Positions 57,509-64,000 of a stretch of 64,000 nt of DNA are shown here, piece by piece. How positions within the stretch are numbered: position 1 is the stretch's first letter; each line of letters begins with the position of its first letter. Under the pieces are notes generated by a model. That model searched no databases. It saw only the letters and a list, made by a program, of their open reading frames with translations, and had not been told where the DNA came from. A program made the translations under genes and the position numbers. This DNA comes from the human T2T-CHM13v2.0 reference genome, Homo sapiens: NCBI RefSeq assembly GCF_009914755.1, contig NC_060930.1, one strand, 5' to 3'.

Positions 57509-60065
57509 CTACCACAAAGATACTTCCTCATTTTATTTCTTTATAAAGCAAACCTTAGCCCAACCTAGTCCCTGGCAACTACTCATATGTTCTCCATGGC
57601 TATATTTTGTCACTGTGATAATATTATATAAATAGAATCATACCTTATGCAACCTATTGAGATTGTCTTTTTCATTCAGTGTAATGCCATTGAGAACTAT
57701 CCAAATTGTCATGTGTGTCAATGGTTCATTCATTTTTATTGCTGAGTAATATTTCATTGGTTGCGTGTACTCCAGTTTGTTTATCCGTTCATCCATTGAA
57801 GAACATCTGGTTGGTTACCATCTTTCAGCTATTATTTTAAAAGCTGCTATGAGGATTCATAAAGGTTTATATGTGAACATAAGGTTTCACTTCTCTAGTG
57901 TAAATACTCAGGAGTATGATGGCTGTGTTGTACAGTAAATATATGCTTAACTTTATAAGGTACTGCAAACCTTATTTCAAAGTGGCTGTACTATTTTGTA
58001 TTCCCACCTGCAATGGCGAGAAATCTACCAATTATTACTTCACATCCTCATCAGCATTTTCCAGTTTTTTTTTTATTTTAGTCATTCTGATATATGTATA
58101 GTAGTAGTTGTGTTATTATTGTTCATTGTGTTTCTCTCCAGTGAGGCTGTCAGTTCTAGAAGGTCAGAAAATGTGTCTTATTTATGGCCTGGCAAACACT
58201 GACATTCAATAAATATGTACTGTCTAGCTGAAAGAGTACAAAAAAAGACAAGGAAATGAACAGAGAAATGGAGCAGTAGAAATGGAGTGTGGGGAGGAAA
58301 CAAGGAAGAAAGAAAGACGGGTGAGGAATCTGTGGGTGTGGGTCCACAGTGTTTGCTCACACTCTAGGCTGCTGCTCTGTCTGTGAGACCAGACTGCTGG
58401 GCCCTACAGGAATGATGTGTTTCTGTAGCTGCCTGGGCATCTGCCCACACAATGGGACTTATGTTCTTTAAAACCAAATAAGTATCTCAATGATATGTCA
58501 CCTCTTCTATTCTTTGGTAAAGTCACACCTACCACCAAAAGGGAAAAGGAACATCTCTTATCTCTTATCCCATAATCTTGTTGCTTAATCAAGTCCATCT
58601 CTAGTTGCAGAAGACTGAAAGAAAATGTTTCTCTTGTGTATGGGGGTAGGGGAGAGGGGCATTTTAAAATTTGAATTCTGTTTTTCCACTTGTTAATCCA
58701 TGGACTCTCATTTTACACTGGAATAAATATTTTGCTGCTTTTATGGATACCAGGAGAGAATCATTGAATGCAAATTATCTTGAAAATCTTGGATGTGTAG
58801 TTTATGCACATATATAGTGCTAGCGCAGCAAAAGGGAGAGGAAGTTGTCTTAAACTCCTTTTAGCACCCATCGCCTTTGCAGGTAGTCTTGTTCATTCTT
58901 TCCCTGGAGTATGCCAACCAGTTCATTGCCTCCAGCCTTCCTGTCTTCACTACATTCCCATTGTATTTCTTCTCTCTCAGGAAGAAATAACACTAAGATG
59001 TAATGTGTTACCTTTCCCATTACCAAATAATGATGATCTATTTTTGGAATTTCAGGTAGCAGCCTGAAATTAGCACTGGTTTATCATCTATCCTGTAGGC
59101 TTCTGAGTTCATGAAGCTAAATCACATGAATGGTTATCAATTTTAACAAAGTAAGCCCTGCCTATAAGACCTAGCCTCAAGCTAGTCTTATAGTTCTGTT
59201 TACTGTGTTTTTCGACCAGCAATAAGATGGCCCATGAAAGGGGTTTATATGGAAAAGCTTGATTTATTTAATCTGACATTACATGCTCTATATCACGTTG
59301 ATACAAAACACTCTAAATTCATATTTTTAAGAGCTATAAAAAGCATATTTATGCTAAGCCCCACTTAGCCTATTGGGCTCTTGGCAATCTACTGTTTAAA
59401 AGAAATTTTAAAAAACATCCTTGGAGATTATCTAAAACTACACGATTTCATAGCAATTCAACTAATATTTATAATAAAATCACTACATGCAATTGACTGT
59501 GCTGAAAACTTTACAGGGGTTACAAAGAGAAATGTGAAAGCTTTTCAATTAAATCACATTAGATAGTCTAATACACATACATTTTTAAATAACGATTTTA
59601 AGATGATTTTTAATTAACATTCTATTCTAGCTTCTTCATTGTACTGGGATCAACTTTAAATCAATCCTTTGTTCATTGTATTGAAGTAAGACAAAGATTT
59701 AATGTCAGTTCTTCACATAAGAGTAAGTACCAAAGGTACTATTACCTGGAGACTAAGCATTGTATAACAATTCCAAGTGTTTTTCTGTAGATATGCAAAA
59801 TTAGCTACAGTACAGAACCAAGATTCTCCTTCTTTAAAGACCCTATGCTCACTGATCCCACCTTTCCCTTTCACTCCCGCAGGCAGAGTGCTCAGAAGAA
59901 TAATTTATACATTAGGTAGAGTTGAATCAATCCAAATAACATAAAATAATATTCTTATTGGAGATGCAAACATATCTTACTTAAAGAAAGTTCTTTTAAA
60001 CTATTGGATGTTAATAAATTCTTCTATATTTAGAAGAATTCTTCCACTTAAACAAAATTTTTTTA

Positions 60066-60171
60066 ATTCTTCCCTTTTTTTTCTACAAATTGCATTCTCT
60101 CCACTGCTCACAATCAGCTTAAGCACTTCTCAAGTTGTTATTAAAGAGTATATCTTCTTAAAATAACTAAT
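60066..60171 (+). repeat. local direct duplication block A, copy 1 (partner 61073-61186)
   Basis: TCTACAAA.TGCATTCTC.CCACTGCTCACAAT...AGTATATCTTCTTAAAATAACTAAT shared at ~90%. Confidence 0.9.
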
Positions 60172-60531
60172 ATTTCTAAATATAGAAAAATTTATATCTT
60201 TTCTATATTTTCTATAATATAGAAAATATGATAGTTCTAAAAATACCACTAACATTGAGGGCAAATACAATACTTAATTGAACACAACATATATGCCAAA
60301 GATTATGAAAAGTAAATATGTATACTATATGTGAAAAGAAATTATGCCCTATGGCCATCAGAACTGATGCTATGTCAGCTAAGTAAAGAGGACTCAGAAA
60401 TAAGAGACTTTAAAAAAATTTGTAACTACAGTCTCTGTTTTCTTCACTAGATTTCATCATTAGCTTTCTTGTTCACTCGCGTATTTCAAGTATGCGGCAG
60501 ACTGGTTCAAGGGTGAATGATTGATGACAAA

Positions 60532-60659
60532 TTAAAATTATTTAAAAGCTGCATATGGACTTCCTGCAGAACCCATATGTACAACCACATGTCAATTAAG
60601 CAAAGAACAGACTATAGGAAATCTCTGTTAAGCATAAAAAAAAAAGGAAGATTTTAAAA
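60532..60659 (+). repeat. local direct duplication block B, copy 1 (partner 61460-61582)
   Basis: GCTGCATATGGACTTCCTGCAGAACCCAT.TGTACAACCACATGTCA.TTAAGCAAAGA shared at ~93%. Confidence 0.93.
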
Positions 60660-61072
60660 GAAGGAAAGGGAAAAGTTCTGTATCTAATTAGCAATCACCA
60701 AATAAGAGAAGAAAGCTGGCAACTTGCAGAGAAGGCTTAGTACACCGCATGGCTCATTTCTCCAAGTGCACTGCACAAAGACAGCTCCTGACTAGGGAAT
60801 GGAAATTGTCATAGTTTACTCCAAACCCTATGGTTTTGTCATTTGGAGATAACGGAGTATTAAAGAACACGGTTCTTCATATGAGGACTAAATGGTCTAT
60901 GGAAAGCAATTCCATTCTTGCAATTCCAGTATCCCATCTGAATGACGGTGCTTCTAACTCTAGCAAGATTAGCAAATGACTAGGCAAGTTCATTGCAGAA
61001 TCCTCATTTGGCCTGGGAAATTCTTTACAGGGAGCCAGTGATGTAAATGCAGAGAGTTCTAAGGGAAAAAAA

Positions 61073-61186
61073 ATCCTTCACTTTTTCTGTCTACAAAGTG
61101 CATTCTCACCACTGCTCACAATTGGCTTAGGCACTTCCTCAAGCTGTTATTAAAATAAAGAAGTATATCTTCTTAAAATAACTAAT
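61073..61186 (+). repeat. local direct duplication block A, copy 2
   Basis: matches 60066-60171. Confidence 0.9.
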
Positions 61187-61459
61187 GGGCTAAACAATTA
61201 AAAGATTAGCAAAAAATGCTTAAACTGATTAGATTAGAATTAAGGATGGAAATTAAATTTAAAAACAAAAAATTGAAGATAAAAGAACAAGAAGTTAAAG
61301 ATTTAAATACAGTAATCTCAAAACAGAAGGTGAAGTATAAAATGCAAGCTACAACAAACTAACAATTTGGAAAATTTCAAAAGAGACTCAGAATCATTAC
61401 AGTAAAAGGTTAGGAGACTTAAGGTTGATCTTAGAGCTTAACCCTCAATAAGAATTATT

Positions 61460-61582
61460 TTAAAATTATTTAAAGGCTGCATATGGACTTCCTGCAGAAC
61501 CCATCTGTACAACCACATGTCACTTAAGCAAAGAGCAGACATTAGGAAATCTGTGTTAACCTTAAAAATGGAGGATTTAAAA
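61460..61582 (+). repeat. local direct duplication block B, copy 2
   Basis: matches 60532-60659. Confidence 0.93.
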
Positions 61583-62399
61583 ATCTTTAAGAAGCTTAAG
61601 GTAATTTGAATTTAGAATTAGCAAGAAAATAAAGGCAATAGGGAAATAAGTATGTAGGCTGGGAAGGGCCAGGGCAGGTTCTTTGAGAAGTCTAATACCT
61701 CCAAGCCAACATTGGCAGGATTTATACCAGATATGCAGTAAGCCATCTAATGGCTTTAGGGGAGAAACACATCCTTTGTTTAATACACAAAATCCCCCTC
61801 TTCCCTTTATTTCCCATATTATTCCTTATTTTCAGTTAATAGTAATATAGTTTTATTTGATAGATTTATTTCAAAAAGTCTGTCTTTTAAATATATTCTA
61901 AGAAGAGAAGACAACTTATGAAATAGTCAAAGTGAGGTGAAGACACATGAACCAAATGTGGAAGGAAAAGTCTCATGAAGCAAGGAAAAATAGGCCAAAA
62001 TTGTAAAGCTTTCCTCATAAAAAACTAGAACTCCATTTTTGCAAATCATAAAAAACACGAGAAAGGTAGATTGGTTCATTTTAACTTTATTAGTTTCATG
62101 ACAGCAGATTATTTCCAGGAGGAAAAAGAGCAAAGAATAATGTCTTTCCTTTTGACAAACATGAGAAATGACAAGTAGCTAGTCATTGATTTTTTTTTCT
62201 TTTTGAGAATGATTGCCAAATTCACTCAGACCTAATATTCATTTGATTAAGTGTCATTCACTTTGAAAAACTGATTCAGTTAAAACCAAATTTCAATTGA
62301 TTATATCCGGAAAATGGTATAGAAAATAAAATAGGAAACCTGCCTCTGTTGCCAGGAATTGTGCATCCTAAACATGGGGTCTTGCAAAGGAAAGAAGAA

Positions 62400-62560
62400 A
62401 ACTGATATTGAGTGAGCTCAATGTGTCAGATGCTGTATCTTTATTACCATATTTAATCCACAAGCAACTTCTTAAGATTAGAAATTATTATCACTACTTT
62501 ACTGATGGGAAAAGAGAAATTTACTAAGTCATTTTGGATATAGTTTATGTCCACATAGTT
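62400..62560 (-). mobile_element. MIR SINE
   Basis: TTGAGTGAGCTCAATGTGTCAGATGCTG ... ATTTAATCCACAAGCAAC ... ATTATTATCACTACTTTACTGATGGGAAA. Confidence 0.7.
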
Positions 62561-63421
62561 TAAAGTAAAGCAATTGGAAATTAGGTCTCCCATAATTACC
62601 ACAGTACAACATGCTGTCTACTTACCTTTTCTGAATATAACTATTCACTTGTAAAAGCAGTTTTAAGCATTAATGAGAATATTGTGAAAACACTTTGCAA
62701 ATTCCAAAACATTATAAAAATGTATGGCATTATTTTGATTAGTAATATTTAATGGATTAGTAAAAAATAAGAGGGAAACTTGGGTAATTCAGGCTTTCAT
62801 TCTACATTTGTATATTATTCCCCCCAAATTCCTTTTTTCACATTATATCAATTCCACAACAAATATTAAAGAAGTTGGAAAAGAAATGTCTTTATTAAAT
62901 AAACCTTAGATTGAGGCCACAGAGTCCTCATGCTATTGTTAATCAAAGGACAATGAAGGGAACTCTATAAAACAACTTTCATTAAAAGTTGCCTTTTTAA
63001 CGTAAGGTTTTCCTTATGGTAAAGCAATTTAGCAACATCATGATGACCAAAAAAGTCACTGGAAATATTTTGCTCTTTGTGATGGAAAACCTTTAGAAAG
63101 GGCAAAAGCTGTGACTGGTCAAAGAGAGTCACTTATAACTCATCTGATGAATTTTGTTTTTTAATTTTTCTGCTTTCATTGTTGGGAAATAAGGCAGGAT
63201 TTTGAAATTTAGCATTCTCTTAAGGAATAAAATTACTTAGGAAATAAAGGTAGTCTCTATCTATAGGTCTGAAATGTTCCAAAGATATGCAGCTTTGTCA
63301 ACATTTCTGAAATACCTTATTGATGTCAAATAATTCATTTTAGCATATTCCCTGAGAAAATGGTAAATTGTTTTTCATTTTTTCTGTAAGTTGTACCACT
63401 CTAGATTAATAAAAAACAGAG

Positions 63422-63656
63422 GGCCGGGCACAATGGCTCAAGCCTATAATCCCAGCACTTTGGGAGGCCAAAGAGGATAGATTGCTTGAGCTCAGGAGTT
63501 TGAGACAAGCCTGGGCAACATGGTGAGACCCTGTCTTTACCAAAAACAGAAAAAAATAAAAATAGCCAAACATGGTGGTGCGCACCTGTGGTCCCAGCTA
63601 CTCAGGCGGCTGTGGTGGGAGGATTTCTCTCTCTCTCAAAAAAAAAAAAAAAAAAT
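63422..63656 (+). mobile_element. AluJ with a deletion of most of the right monomer
   Basis: GGCCGGGCAC...GATTGCTTGAGCTCAGGAGTTTGAG...GGTGGGAGGATT then directly (TC)n and the A tail; TSD-like AAAAAACAGAGG / AAAAAATGAGG. Confidence 0.9.
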
Positions 63657-64000
63657 GAGGGTGTGTTTGTTTATTGGCAAAATAACACGGCAAATAAGGA
63701 ATAGACCATGAACCCAAGTGAAAGGCTTATGTCTGTTGGACTGTTTTACAGTTGCCCATGAACAGTTTGGAAGTTTCCAAGAACCTGTTAAAGAAACCTG
63801 GACATGCTCTGCTCAGAAAGTTGTGTGCCCCAGAGTTTGTTCCTTTGGGAACATTGCTCCACCACAACAGGGGTTTGGTGAAATGAGTTTGAGAAATGTT
63901 TCATACTATATAACTCTTCTTGGACTTTCAAATGCACATTATTATATTTAAGACAGAGACGTTATGCAATAAGCCTGTTTTAAGTTGTAACAATGTTCCA

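Larger units (their letters stand above)
56430..58100 (-). mobile_element. L1MC/MB-type LINE 3' part, split by an LTR insertion
   Basis: CACCACAATCAAGATATAGAAC before the LTR and CCCTGGCAACTACT...TTTTTATTGCTGAGTAATATTTCATTG...CAAAGTGGCTGTAC after it. Confidence 0.85.

Noticed and set aside
59162-59193. 13-bp hairpin with one bulge (CTATAAGACCTAGC/GCTAGTCTTATAG)
   Set aside because: Short and imperfect; too small for a miRNA precursor and no other support

Overview
Primate (very probably human) AT-rich non-coding genomic DNA, either intronic or intergenic. I find no intact protein-coding gene. The ORF-track entries fall in Alu, L1, L2 or LTR sequence, in the pseudogene, or look like chance ORFs. 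The main recognisable feature is a near full-length, intronless, frameshifted EEF1A1 processed pseudogene (~42956-44913, +) with an AluJ inserted in its 3' UTR. The rest is a typical repeat mosaic: 13 Alus (most with visible target-site duplications), several old L1M pieces, MLT1/MST/THE1/ERV1 solo LTRs, MIR and L2 remnants, DNA transposon remnants and microsatellites. The structures that repeat annotation does not explain are: (1) a textbook 93-nt intron (CAG|GTAAGT...TACTAAC...TTTCCAG, 19223-19315) just downstream of a CpG-retaining, motif-rich segment, suggesting a + strand spliced lncRNA; (2) a ~220-bp inverted duplication spanning an LTR/unique-DNA junction (22476-22700 vs 24428-24646); (3) a mosaic two-block local duplication with nested inverted repeats at its junction (60.0-61.6 kb); (4) a tail-to-tail AluSq/AluY pair with overlapping TSDs (51.7-52.2 kb); (5) a CpG-retaining segment with two CTCF-like motifs (50.7-51.05 kb). 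I cannot support a claim of a new biological system; these are leads to check. Repeat subfamily names are from memory of consensus sequences, and boundaries of old repeats are approximate.
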